A stretch of DNA of 64,000 nucleotides, taken from positions 163,727 to 227,726 of the forward strand of contig NW_008246096.1 of assembly GCF_000281045.1 (NCBI RefSeq). The letters run 5' to 3'. Numbering within the stretch: position 1 is the first letter of the stretch; the number at the start of each line of letters is the position of its first letter. Shown piece after piece: positions 36,028 through 48,939 of this stretch. This stretch comes from Saprolegnia diclina VS20. Lineage: Eukaryota. The notes beneath the pieces are model-generated. The model did no database searches and was not told the DNA's origin. It saw nothing but the letters and a program-made list of their open reading frames with translations. Position numbers and translations under genes: made by a program.

Positions 36028-37755
36028 ATGGAACGTACATTGTACAACGTACGTACATCCCATGTACGTGTAGTGTACGGCAGAGAAAGGAGCCCGGGGC
36101 ACGCGGGGCACGAAAAGGCTTTCTTCGACCGCGACTTCGATCGACATAGCACACAAGGCCGTGGCCCACGACAGCTTCCAACACAACCCGACCTTCGCCC
36201 TCGACAAGTACGTGCGAGCCCCTTGTACATGGTCCTCGGCGAAACTCACATGGCAATGACGTGCGTAGTGACCTCCATCTTGGCGCAGTAGGCTCATGGC
36301 GCGAGGACCATGCCATCAATGTCACTGCGTAGGAAGCGCCGCATTGGCGACCACATGGACTCGTTCGAGGACGCCTACAACACGCCGAGCAGCGGCGGCA
36401 AGGGCAAGTGGACCGACGAAGAGGTACGCTGCTGTCATCGAGGCCACGTGGGCGACTGGCGCATAGGACAATGCGCTTCGCCGCGCGGTCGAGCTCAATG
36501 GCAACGAAAACTGGAAGGTATGCAAGAGCGAGATCGCGATCTGCTGGAACAAGCGTATGTGCGTAGGCCATTGCCGAGCTCGTGCCGGGGCGCAACCACT
36601 CGCAGTGTCTTCAGCGCTGGAACAAGGTGCTCAAGCCAGGTCTCATCAAGGGCAATTGGTCGCCAGACGAAGACGAGCTCCTCCGGCAGCAAATCCACAT
36701 CTGCGGCGAGACCGCGTGGGTGCGAATCGCCGAAGGTGTGCCCGGCCGAACGTACGTCTCGTCTCCTGCAGATGGAGCCAAACGCAGTCGCGTAGGACCA
36801 AGCAGTGCCGGGAGCGCTGGCGAAATCATTTGGCGCCCACCATCAACCGCTCGTGCGTGAGAAGGCAACAGATACGTCGCTTCTCACACTACGTAGACCC
36901 TTTACTGCCAACGAGATTGCGCTCCTCGAATACGTCTACAACAAGATTGGCAACCGATGGACACAAGTGGCCAAGTTGCTGCCGGTACACGCGAGTCTGC
37001 TCGTCCGCCACTCACGCAAATACGGCGCGTAGGGCCGCGCCGAAGACGATATCAAGAAGAAATGGAAGCAGATGCACCCCAAGCAAGAGAAGAAGAAGGC
37101 CGGTCGGCTGCCCAAGATGGAGATGACGGACCTCATCGAGTCGATCCAGTACGAAATGAAGCAAGGCAACCTCCCGATGCTGAGCTACCTCTTTGAAATG
37201 AACGTGGCCGACATTCTGCTCGAGAACGACGACGACGAAGAGAAGGCGTCGATCGCATCGGACTGCAGCCGCCGCAGCAGCATTGTGAGTTCCAACAACA
37301 AGGTCGAGGACCTCTTGTCGTCGGCGCCGCCGTCCGCTGCACCGTCGCCGTCCCCGCCGTCGAACAACAGTCCGTCCGTGCGACCGCCAGCTCCGTTCTT
37401 GACCAAGAAGAAGAAGGTCGAGTGGGACCAAATGTCGATCGATATTCTCACGCAGTTTCTCTTCACCGCGTCGTTCAAGACGAACCTAAACCTCGGGGAC
37501 ATGATGGACGCCGAGACGAGCGCCAACACGGCAGCCAACGTCTTCTCGATGGACGACGACCCGGTGGTCGCGAGCGTCATCGACTCGTTCCGCGCGTCCG
37601 GGTCGTCCAAGGACATTCAGTCGATCGTGGACGAGCTCCAGTTTGACCAGGACCAGCTGCAGCACCTCATGGATGTGTGTGGCAACTCGTCCAACGACTT
37701 CCTCAAGGACGACGACGACGCCTCGAGCGAAGAAGAGTACCAGTACAAGTTGTAG
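36028..37755 (+). CDS. R1R2R3 Myb transcription factor (about 7 introns)
   Basis: GKWTDEE|DNALRRAV..NWK|AIAELVPGRNHSQCLQRWNKVLKPGLIKGNWSPDED..GRT|TKQCRERWRNHL..|PFTANE..GNRWTQVAKLLP|GRAEDDIKKKW, then an acidic C-terminus. Confidence 0.93.
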
Positions 37756-37906
37756 ATGCGTATAGTGAATAAGTTGTTGATAATTTACATACGCCAAAAT
37801 AATTGTCGAAAAATCGACAATCTGTCCACGCCTCATGGATGTGAGAGCCCACCGATATTATCCGGACACGAATTCCGGATGCGGGCTGGCACAAAGAGCG
37901 GAAATA

Positions 37907-39039
37907 ATGAACGGTGGCATCGGCGATAGCCCTCCGCGGGAGCTGTACGAGGCCGGCCCCGTGGACGTCGACCTCGCCGCGCACGCCGGACACAGCCACC
38001 ACGGCGACGTCTGCCCGACACCGGGCTCGTGCTTTCCCGTGCCCGGCGACCAGTTTGATACGTTTGCCGACCTCGAGAACCGGCTCAAAGTGCACAGCCT
38101 TGACCATGGGTTCACGCTCGCGCGCAGCACGCACCTCTTCTCATCGACGCTGGCGCTCGAGCTCTTCCGCGTCAAGTCGCCGCTCATCAAGGTCGTGCAC
38201 CGCGGTAGCTTTTACTGCAGCTACAAGGTGTGTCCGGACGACAGCACGAAAAAGTGCTCGTGGCGGATAACGTTTACGTTTGACCGGACGCTGCTCAAGT
38301 ACGTCATCAAGACCGAGCGCTACTGCTCCATGCACTCGCACGAGATTGGCGAAGAGGCGGCGAGCAGCTCGGCGATCCACCGCGAGAGCCAGCTCTACGA
38401 AGCCGAGCTCGACCAAATCCAGGCCATGGCGCTCCAAGACCTTTCAATCCCCGAGGTACGACGATACCTTATGCGTCCTGCATGTACACTCACACCGCCA
38501 TCCGGTAGATCCGCTCGCGCATGCAGGCCACGTACCCTGGCAAAGACTACACGCCTGACCTGCTCCGGCGCATTGTGAAAAAAACTAAGGACCACGCCGC
38601 CCGTCCAGCGACCGCCGACGACGCTGCCAGCACGTCGCAGGTGCGGTCCGAGCTGCGCGCAATGCCGCCGCGCTCGGTGCCGACGCTGCAAGAGTCGGAG
38701 CAAGAGAGCCGGTACCTCGAAGTCCACCAGCGCTTCAACCAGATCGTGTCCAAAGTTATCAACGACCCGCACCGCTTCAAGCTCTTCTCGCTCAACCTTG
38801 TCGCGTTCGAACACTCGCTCACCAACCCGCTCCCAGTGCAGTTGCCGCCGTCCTCTATGCTCATGGCGCCGGCTCCGTACGACCGGCCCTACACCGCGAC
38901 GGCCACCTCCAATTCGACGACGACGAGCACGGGCGCCCGCCAGCCGCGGCCAAAACGGCCGCGCACAGGCCACGAGAGTGCGATGGACGAAGCCTTTCTC
39001 TCGACCGAGATGGCCAACAACCCGCTCAACCATCTGTAG
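37907..39039 (+). CDS. FAR1/MULE-type (WRKY-GCM1 fold) zinc-finger protein lacking a transposase core; one intron
   Basis: PGDQFDTFADLENRLKVHSLDHGFTL...FYCS...KKCSWRITF...MHSH (C..C..H.H). No DDE/SWIM region or TIRs were seen. Confidence 0.65.
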
Positions 39040-39162
39040 ACGTGTCGTCTTCGTGTTATTATACTACTCGTACCTGCACGTCACCTTGTCGCCGGCCTTG
39101 TCGTCGCTCCTCGTGGTGTATTATGCACAAACCAACGACGCGTTGCTCGGTATAGAGACCGA

Positions 39163-42100
39163 TCACGTGAGGACTCGCGCCTTGAGGAGAAGGTGGACGA
39201 CGAGCTCTGTCGCGCCCAGCGGCATGAAGCCGCCTTTGACCGTGACCTTGGCCGAGACGCGAATCCAATGTAGAATGCGCAGCTGGTTGCCGCCGTCGTG
39301 GTCGTCGCCTTTCGGGTTGAAGTGGACGGCGATCGTGGCTTCGTGGCCAGGCGACACGCTCCCTTTGAGCGGCTCGATCGCAAAGTACTTGCGGTGCTTC
39401 TCGGCGAGGCCCGTCGCGCCGTCGATCGTCACCTCAAACGTCGCTGCTGCGCTCGCCTTGCCGTCTGAGAAGGCGGATCCGACGCTGTGCCCGTGGTCCC
39501 TCTCGTCCTGAGGCCCAATGCTGCCAATGACGACGTTCTTGGTCGTCGGCTCCGTATCAAACACAACCTGCAAGACACGTGGCGGCTTCTTGACAAAGTC
39601 AGCGCAGAACGTTGGGAGTGGCACGTGCTGCGGCAGCTCGAAAATGTCTTCGGGCACCGCCGGCTCGTCGCCCGCCGCCGGAGGTAAGAGGTACGTTTGG
39701 GCCTCCCAGCAGCGGCCCTATCACAAATCCTGCTGGTATCCCATGGACTTTGAAAGGCGGTGACGTACACGCAGGGTAATGACGTGGTCTTCTGTTTGGT
39801 TGGGCACATCGATGCGAAACTTGGTCGTATACTCGATCGGCCGCTCGTGGTCGGGGCTACAACGCCCGTTACCGTAGGTACCACGATCGAAGGACGTACC
39901 TGAAAACACTGCGGACGACCTGGGTCTCGCCCGGTGGGATCACGGCTTCGTTGGGCGTGCACGAAAACACGCTCGTTTGGTTGTAGTTGGGGTGCAGCAC
40001 CTCGATCGCCTGCGCATGCGACTCAGCCATCGACGATTTGGCAAACGTACCTTGATGATGTACTTGAGCGGAAACTGGCTCGAGTTGAGCAGGGTAAACT
40101 CGGTGAAGCCTTTTTCGCGCGCCAACACGGGCTTGAAATGGATGTCGCCGTCCACGGGCGTGATTTGCAAGATGGGGCTAACACCCTACGTACTTGACTC
40201 TGTGACTCATTCGTTGAGAGTCGAGCGATGCACCTCGCCGTGGAGCGGCACGCGGAGATGTCCTCGCGCCGTTGTGAGCGTCAAGTCTTCGTGAAAGATG
40301 AGCGGTGCCGACGGCGTGAACTCGACAAAGAGGTTCTAGGGCCGTAACGCAATCGATCATGCGGCAGAGCGATGGTACCGCAACGCCGCCCCCAGCGCTG
40401 ACGCACCGCAGCGCGTTGACAACCGAGAACGGACCCATGCAGTGCAGTGCGAGCACGTGCAACTCCAAATCTTCGGGGCCGTCGTTGACAACTTGGAGTT
40501 TGAGCACCTAATTCGTGCATTCGGAGCTGCCACGTGTGTTGTTGGGGTAGTATAACGTACGCTCGACTGTCCGACGGCCACTTGGCCAAACGAAAGCTTC
40601 TCGGGCTTGGCGATCAGCTCTCGCTCGACGATCGACAATTGAAGGCGAAGGCTCTGCAGGGCGACGCGGTCGACCTTGTTTCTAGTGTCTTCGGCAAAGC
40701 ACACAAGCGTGCAGGTTGCATGCACGCTCCGCGGCTCTGTCGGCGCCAACAGCGCAATGGGTCCAGGTGCCATAACGTCATTGTCGTCGTCCAGCTCGTC
40801 ATTCGGCGTCACGTCTTCGTTGGTCTCTTTACTCGTGGTGTCGTTGGACGTCGCTGGCCTAGAGTCCTCGGCCGTCTCTGGTTGGAATGTATCCGCCACG
40901 GCCTCGCAGAATGACTTCGTCACGATGACGTTGTCGGCCGGCTCGAGGTCGTCCCACGTCATTGGTCGAAACTCGACTTCAATGCGCACCGAGCCGTACG
41001 CTGGCACGGTCGCAACAAGCGGTCGTATTCGTAGCACCTACAACTCGTCTAATGCGGCTACTCGATGACTCTAGCTACCTTGGCCACAGCTGCTGGCAAG
41101 TCGATCTCGAGGCGCTGGTCGCTACTTGACGAGTTGATACACACAAGGCTGTGCACGACAAACTGTCCAATCGGGATCGCGCCGAGCGTCACGACGGTCT
41201 CGGAGAAGCGCAGTGCCGGAGCGACGCCCGTGCCAATACATGGCAGCGAATACGTGCGGTTCATGCTCGACGCGCACGTGAGCGACGTCCGGAACTCGGT
41301 GGCGGCACTCGGGCTAAAGACGATCGTGGCGTCAACAGCTTCGTACGGTAAGAGCGTCCCGAAGCCGTCACTGGGCTCGACGCGCACCTCGGGTGGCAAG
41401 TGCACAAACCCAAACTTCTGCGGCAGCATCGACCTATTGGTGATGCGCACGCGCTGTGCGACGCTCTGGGTCGTCGCGCACGCGCCAAAGAGAATCGTGG
41501 GCGAGGAGAACTCGAGATCGCCTGAAGTGAGCTGCGCACGCAAGACAAAGTACACGGGCAGCACTTGGTCCGGTACGAGCACTTGGAGTGGGATGGCCAT
41601 GACGCCGAGATGCTCGAGGCCAAACTTGTGGGCGATAATGGCTGTCCAGAGACTCTGCGTCGGCCGAAACTTGATCTAGCGCCAGATTAGATCCAATACA
41701 TTGTAACGAGGGTTGTACTTGAATCTCAAACCGCCCGGGTTCGGCGCCAGGCGAACACCCTTGCACGTAGCCAAAGTGGGGCACAAACTCGAGCGCTTCT
41801 TTGAGGTACTTGGGCACTTTGAGCTGGCACTTGAGGGGCACCTTGCCCCGGTTGCGCAAGAGGAGCTTTCCGCGGTACAACTTGTCGTACACGCAGCACT
41901 TGAAGTCCATGATGGGCGTCTCGACGTACAGCGGGACCTGCACATGGCATACATTGCACGTTGTTTCAACTTGATCGGTTGATACGATTACCTCCGCGGC
42001 TTGGGCCCGCACGCGAATGTCGAGCGGCGGCACTTCTGGCGCGTCATCAAACGTCACTTGGAACGCTTGCGTAAACGCGGCCATAGGCTCGTGGGGCGAA

Positions 42101-43798
42101 AAGGCAAAGTGGATGCTGCAGCTCGCGTACGGGGCGACGTGCCCGTCCGTACTGGCTACGATGGGCGGTGCCACCGTGACGCTTCGTTGAAACTGGCCAA
42201 AGGACGTCGCGAACGCCAAGAGCGCGGCTTCGGACGTGACGCCACTCGGATCCACCGCGTCGGCCTCGTCAATGTCATGCGTCGCGCTGGTGTCGGTCCA
42301 GGCTAACGCCTCAGCGTCGGTCGCTGCCACAACGCGAAAGACCGTGGGAAGTGCGCCGGCGTTGCGTAGCGTCACGACGTGCTTGGCGCACTCGCCCACG
42401 ACCACGTTCGTAAACTCGATCTGGCTCGTGCTGAGCTCCGGGACACTGCGCTTCGCCGAGCAGCGCAGCGGAATGGCAAAGTACCCGGTTTTAGCGACCG
42501 CCGGGATGTGCGTCTCGAGGTCGGCGTTGAGACGCGGGAGGAACGTCACGTGCACGCGGCAGGTCATGCCGGCCGACATGCGCCCTGGCTTTTCGTACGC
42601 AACGTCGAAAAAGTCGCGCACGTCGTCGGGCAGCGGGAGGAGCTTGAAGTGGTTGAACGTGTTGCTGACGTTTGTGAGCGTAAAGGACCGGGCTTGGGGC
42701 GTCCCGACGTCAAAGTCTTGGAACCAAACCTCGGGCGGGTCGGCCAGGAAGGCGCGGCCCGTGAACTCTCTTCGCCACACGATTTGCTTTTCGATCAAGT
42801 TGTCTTTTTGTTTGGCGAGCGCGCGCTGTCGCATGGCCTCTTCGAGCTTGCTGCGCTTGGGCACGCCAAAGCCCTTCTTGGTACTACTACTGGTGCTACT
42901 ATGGTGGGAGGATGCGGCTGTGAGCGATGGCAGCGCCGGGCTGGAGTCGTCGACAAGACCGTTGAGCTGCTGTAGCTCTTTTCCTGGAGGTTGCGAGATG
43001 GGCGGGAGGAGCAGACCGTCCGTCGACGGCGTGCTCGAGAGTGCCGCCGACACGTTGTGCTTGCTTTTCGGGATCCAGCGCGGGTTGACTTGAACGTTGG
43101 CGTGCTCGGGCTTGGCTGCGATGGCATCGATGACCTAGCCAAGGTCATGGCATGTCAGCAAGGACGGTGGGCACCTTGTCCCGCTGCTCGCGCGTCTTGT
43201 TGGTGCACTTGCCCATCCCAAACGAGTAGTCCTTCATGGTCGTGACTTGGGACGGGTCGATCCGGAAGGTCCGGCCCGTGGGGTCGACGAGCTCGGCGCC
43301 GACGCGCGAGAGCATGTAGTTGCGAGTTCGGTCTTCGACAGCTTTGCGCCCGAGCTCCTTCTGGTACTTTTGCACGTACTCGACGTGGCGCTTCTCGACT
43401 TCGCCGCGCCGCTGGTTGCGCGCGGCCTCCCGCACCATGCTGTTGGCAATGTGCATCTCGGTGGCGCGAATCTTGCGCTGCTGGCGCGCGAGCTTGGCGG
43501 CGGTCCGCGCTTCGATCTCGCGCGCCCGAAACACTTCGTACGGGTTCTTGCCGGAGGCGAGGAGCTCTTGGAACTCGCGCGCTTGCGCCGCGGCCAGCAC
43601 GTCGGCCTCGGCGTTGCGCTTCTCATTCTGCCCGACCATGCCCGCGTACGCCTTTTCGCTGTTGGCGCGTAGCTCGAGGATCGCATCGAGTCGTCCTTGG
43701 TGCTGCTGCTCCTGGCACTCAAGGAGCCGCTTGTGCACCTTGCGCGCCATGGCCTTGTCCTCGAGGTCGGTGTCGGTCGGCGCTGCATCCGACGACAT
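39163..43798 (-). CDS. CFAP74: Cilia- and flagella-associated protein 74 (multi-exon; 5' end may extend to ~43970)
   Basis: N-terminal coiled coil (GKNPYEVFR) followed by tandem ASH/MSP-like domains, e.g. AFLADPPEVWFQDFDVG...NHFKL...PGRMSAGMTCRVHVTFLP...AKTGYFAIPLRC and NRSMLPQKFGF...DGFGTLLPYE. Confidence 0.88.
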
Positions 43799-44123
43799 GC
43801 TGCCCGGCGGTGCTGCCTGTTGCGCCGTCAAAAGGTAACGCCAAAGGACAGACTCGGACTTTGTATGCACGATAGAGCGGTGCAGTGTCAAAGATCGTGT
43901 CGCTTGCGAAGGGTCACGGACGTGTGTGTTGACCACGGCTGCTGCAGCTCGCCTGTATCGGCTTGCTCCATGGATGCATCAAGCGGTGGCCAAGGCGATA
44001 TGCTCCATTTGGCCGCGACAGCACACCTCAAGGTACGACGAGGGCGCCAGAGATGAGTACTGTAGGAGCTACAGGTGCACTTGGCCATGCCAAGAAGGGC
44101 TCCATGTCGAGCATGTTAACGAG

Positions 44124-44738
44124 TTAAAAGAGAGGGTGGTCCTTCATGGGTGCGCTGCCACCCTTGAGCGATGTGGGCGGGCGGAAGAGTCGGTCGACGA
44201 TAGCCTGCGAGTACTCAGCATACGCGTTGCCTTGGGTATCGATGGCTGGGATCACGCGGTCGCTGTCGGGCCCTTCGTCGCCCACAAGCGGCGGGTTGGT
44301 CACACTAGTTGGCGATTAAAATGATCCTCTACAAGGTCGCGTGTCATGATACCTGAGCACATGGAGCTCAGCGCTCGACGCGACAATGGAAAAGTCCTCT
44401 TGCTCATCGATCGCAATGCACGTGCCGGGCGAGAGCGCATGGCTGTGGTGCACCGCGCTATGGATCTCGAGCGAGCCTTCGCCCAGGATGACGTACATAG
44501 CTTGGACGTGGTTCTTCATGTGCAAGCGCAGTGGCGTGCCCTTGGAGATGATTTCGTGCTGGAGCGAGAAGCCGAGACCGTCGTCGCGGGTCAAGTACCG
44601 CCGGGACTCGACGCTGTCGACATTCGTGACCTTGCCATCCGCGAGTAGCCCATCGAGCGACCGAACGAGGAGCGATCGCGCGGCCGACGCATGGAAGCTG
44701 CGTCGCTGCAGAAGCATCTTGTGGCGGAGACCAAGCAT
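44124..44738 (-). CDS. ectC-like: Ectoine synthase (EctC)-like cupin with predicted mitochondrial presequence; intron 44305-44352
   Basis: LLVRSLD...SRRYLTRDDGLGFSL...LHMKNHVQAMYVILGEG...LSPGTCIAIDEQEDF...|VTNPPLVGDE aligns by eye with EctC (IVR.L...S.RLLL..DGMGFS...HY.NHLE.VYC..G.G...PGT.Y.LD.HD.H...VFNPPL.G.E). Presequence MLLQRRSFHASAARSL. Confidence 0.85.
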
Positions 44739-45297
44739 CTTCGTCTTTTCCCGTTTGATCCCATCTTGTTCTTAGCTGTATCTTGACACGTTAATAACAT
44801 GACCACCGTGAACTTCAACTCCTGCGATTGCATCTGTCAACTGGCAGGAGACGTTGGCCGGCTAGCTTCCGTCAGAGCGAAATAAAGGAGCTAGGAAGAG
44901 CGACCGTCTGAGTGCGGCGGCTGGAGCTCCATGAGCTCCAGTGGCCATCGCACGCTGCCAATAGCACGGTCAACAAGTTGGTCAAGAAGAGTGGCAAAGT
45001 AACTAGTTGGTGCGTTTTGGTCTGCGGACGTAGCGCTTGCTCACAACCGGGTAGACCAGGGTTCGATACCCGGTATCGCAACTCTACTTGACCATCAAGC
45101 TGCTTGAGCAGCAGAGCGATCGGTGGCCGCAGTAGCGTGGCAGCCTGAAAACAATCCAGCCGGTTATCCGGATGATAGCGTGGCGCCGGACTGATATAGT
45201 GAAAACAAGTGTAGGCAATTCCATGCGGCCGCGTCTTATACCTCGTATCCGGATATTTCGACCCGACGAGGGATGTCAAACCAATTTGACTTCGCCC

Positions 45298-46813
45298 ATG
45301 GTCATGAGCACGGCGAAGCGCAGTCGTCCGGCAGAGCTCGCTTGCGACGAGCTGCCGTCCGCTAGCAGCGAGCAGCGCCCGCGCCAAGAGCCAGACAGCG
45401 AAGAGAGCGTGCCCACGGTCTCCCGCTGGACGCGCGAGCAGGTACGACAGTGCTTGTCCTCGGTGCCCGACGCACCACGAGTCGTAGGACGAGCAACTGA
45501 ATCGGGGCATCGAAAAGTATGGCACCAAGAACTGGAAGGTACCTGCTACGACTTGAACGCATGGTCTCTAACGACATTGCCGCAGGCCATTGCCAGCATG
45601 GTGCCAGGCCGCAACCACGCGCAGTGCCTCCAGCGCTGGAACAAGGTGCTCAAGCCGGGCCTTGTCAAGGGCCATTGGTCTTTTGACGAAGATGACGCGC
45701 TCATCAAGCTTGTGCGCGACGTGCCGTCGGTGCAATGGTCGGACATCTCCAAGCAGATCCCGGGTCGCACGTACGAGACTGCCCTCTCCTTTGGTATCCT
45801 AACAAGCTGCTGCTGGTAGAGCCAAGCAATGCCGTGAGCGCTGGAAGAACCATTTGGACCCTACCATCAACAAGGGGTACGATTCATTAGTTTCTGCGAT
45901 GCACTGACAAATGTATGGACCTTTAGCCCGTATAAGTCGGAGGAGGACGTTGTCTTGATGAACGCGTACCAAGAACTCGGCAACCGATGGACGCAAATCG
46001 CAGAGTTGCTGCCGGTACGGTCGTCGCCAACTAGATTCGGTGGATCAACGAACGACGTAGGGCCGCACCGAGGACTCGGTCAAGATGCGCTGGAAGGTGC
46101 TGAATCCGCACGCCAAGTCTAAGGCCAAGCCAGGTCGGCCACCGCTCATGGCGCCCCCTACGTCGCCGCCAAAGCCGGTGGCGGCACCCACGCCAACGAT
46201 CGAGTCGCCCGAAGCGGTCACGGATGTCCAGAGCGTCTTTGACGACGAGGACGACGGCGAGTCGCAGCAGGTGCTTGCGCGCCGAGCGTCGTCGCTGCTC
46301 GAAAGCTTCCGGACGCACGACAGTCTCTTGAGCTTCTCAAGCCTCAAAGCCGAAGACTGGGAAGTGTTCCAAGATCTCATGATGAGCGATCAGTTTGCAT
46401 CGGCCGTCACGACGCGCGCGCCGACGGAAATGATGTCAATCTTCGACTCGTTCAAAGACAAGAGCATGACCGACGACGAGTTCCATCGACTCGTCGGCGT
46501 CATCGAGGACCCGGAGGCCATCATGGACTTTATCCAGGAGACGTACGAGTCGGTCGATCAAGGGAGGGAGTGGGATATGCCGCTCTGCTCTTGTGGCTGT
46601 GGCGAGACCGAGCTGATGCACCAAGAGGCGTCGCTCGCGCACTTGGTGCTGCCGCCGCCCGTCTTTTCGTCGCAGCCCGTGCATTTCGAGACGTACGGCT
46701 CGTACCAGCCCCACGTGCAAACCAACAGCCTCAACGAGTACGTCGAAGATGTCGACGAAGTCGAAGACCTCATGACGGCCTTCCACGTCGGCAAGCGCAG
46801 CAGTCGTCGATAG
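45298..46813 (+). CDS. R1R2R3 Myb transcription factor (five introns)
   Basis: SRWTREQ|DEQLNRGIEKYGTKNWK|AIASMVPGRNHAQCLQRWNKVLKPGLVKGHWSFDED..GRT|AKQCRERWKNHLDPTINKG|PYKSEED..GNRWTQIAELLP|GRTEDSVKMRW. Confidence 0.93.
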
Positions 46814-47873
46814 ACAAATACTCCATTTCTCTTTCATTTGGTCTTCTTCAAGGGCTTAACGAGGCAGGGAAACCCTGGCCGCAAGCGTACGTCGAGGTTG
46901 ACACTAAACTCTGCTCGGCGTTCGCCTTTGCTGTGCCCCCATCACTGTCTGCGCATCGCTGACATCGTAGCACCAAGAGCACAACCACTCATTAACACAG
47001 GATTGGTCTTGCGCTAGTCTGTGCGATGACTTATATTCGTCGATGCTGATGCGAATACCTCGTCAAAACGCCTTGGTTCGTATGTAGTCCAAGCAGACAT
47101 GTTGGACAATTGGGTGCTTCAAGACAATAAACAACTCAATGGGCTTGTACGTAGGACTAGCTACGTTGCCTGCAGCAGCCATTCATGCCCTTTGGCCGAT
47201 CTTAGACGCTTTGTCTTTGGCTCGAACGTAACAATCGCGTCTTCCGCTGGCGAAATTTCCCGGTCAAGGCAGCTACTATCACACGACTGACTGTCCAGCA
47301 CTTGGCCCGTCGCGCTGAAGTGCCAACGCTTGACGAGTTGCTCAACGCTCTTGAGACGACCCTTGGTGTGCGCTACCTTGTCCCTCGCACAATCCCACAT
47401 CAGGTAGCCCTCCGCGCTTGACGTACCGACCACGCCTCACAAGCGCATTAGCAAGTCCACCATATCTTTACAATTGCTTGACATCACTCGTTCCAACTAC
47501 GCTTACATTGTCTGCATCTCGTTCGCCTCAACTTGATCGTGTCGACGGCATCATATTGAAGACGATCGGGGCTTCTTGATTGGTTGCGTTGGTCGATTTC
47601 ATCATCACGTGCTTCGTCCTGCGCTTGCCAGAGCATGCAGCCCTCCATCGGCGCGCCGCTGACCAAGCGAGTCGATTCCTTCTCGAGCTCGACCTCGCGC
47701 CCTCCTGCCACTCGTTGCAGCGTCGCTGCGTGGCCGGGTTGGCCGTGTTCTAGCACAGGACCAGGTTGAAGATCGCAACTGGAACGTACTTGTGATTGGC
47801 TGGTTTTTGGCCAATCGCGCGCGTCTGTCGAGGTCGGGCAAACTCAGCTCTGTCGGTCAGTTTGACTTTGGAC

Positions 47874-48872
47874 ATGGCGGCGAACGTCGGTGACATCTTG
47901 GCCAGCCGCGACGCGTTCCCGGCGACGTACACGGCGCGCGACCTCATCACGTACGCGCTCGGCATTGGCTGCAGCTACTACAAGACGCCGGAGCAGGCGA
48001 GCACGGACCTGCACTTCACCTCGGAGCTGGACGCGCGCTTTGCGGCGTTTCCGCTGTACCCGGTCGTGCTCCTCTTCAAGGGCGACGCGCACGACGTTGT
48101 GGACTTTCCGCCACCGAGCATGTCGACGATCCCGAACGGCATGCCCGACTTCAACCCCGGCATGACACTCCACGGCGAGCAGAGCATCGAGGTCCACCGC
48201 CCATTGCCAGCCACGGGCGGGCGCGTCACGTGCCACCGCCGCGTGCTCTCCTTCCACCCGAAAGGCAAGTCGGGCGCGCTCATGGAAACCGAGTTCAAGA
48301 TCGTCGACGAGGCAGGCGAGCCGCTCACGACGCTCGTCATGGGTTCGTTCTACCGCGGCCTGGACGCCTCCTTTCAAGGTCAAGGCCGCACGCCACCGCG
48401 CCGCCCAAGCATGCCTGTGCGCACCCCCGACATCGTCCTCACGCTGCCCACGTCGCCTGCCCAGGCGCAGCTCTACCGTCTCTCGGGGTACGTCGTCTTC
48501 TTGACTGCGTTCTCGTGCGCGTAGGCTCATGATGCCGATGCTGCTGTGTGTAGCGACTACAACCCGCTCCATATTGATCCGGACTTTGCTGCCTCGGCGG
48601 GCTTTCCGCAGCCCATTTTGCATGGTTTGTGCACGATGGGTGTCGCGGCGCGCGCGCTCCTGCAGGCGTACGGCCACAACGAGAGTGCTAGCTTCCGCAA
48701 GATGAGCGTTCGGTTCTCCAAGCCGACGTTTCCGGGCGAGACGCTCGAGACGCGCATGTGGCTCACGTCGCCCGGCCACGTGGCCTTCCAGACGCGCGTC
48801 GTCGAGCGTGACGCGATCGTGCTCGACGGCGGCGAGTTTGCCTTTGCGACGCCCGCGACGCCTCGCTTGTAA
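47874..48872 (+). CDS. Peroxisomal 2-enoyl-CoA hydratase 2 (MaoC hot-dog fold, MFE-2 hydratase/ECH2-like); one intron
   Basis: YTARDLITYALGIG, TLHGEQSI, the hydratase-2 motif LYRLSG|DYNPLHIDP...PILHGLCTMG, VRFSKPTFPGETL, and a C-terminal PTS1-like PRL*. Confidence 0.93.
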
Positions 48873-48939
48873 CGACGCAATCTTAATCGCAACGACCGTC
48901 GACACGCATTTCTCTTCTTCTTCGTCTTCGTCTTGAGCG

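Noticed and set aside
46850..47760. Short minus-strand ORFs (47161-47433, 47484-47756) as a possible spliced gene
   Set aside because: No recognisable domain and no reliable splice model.
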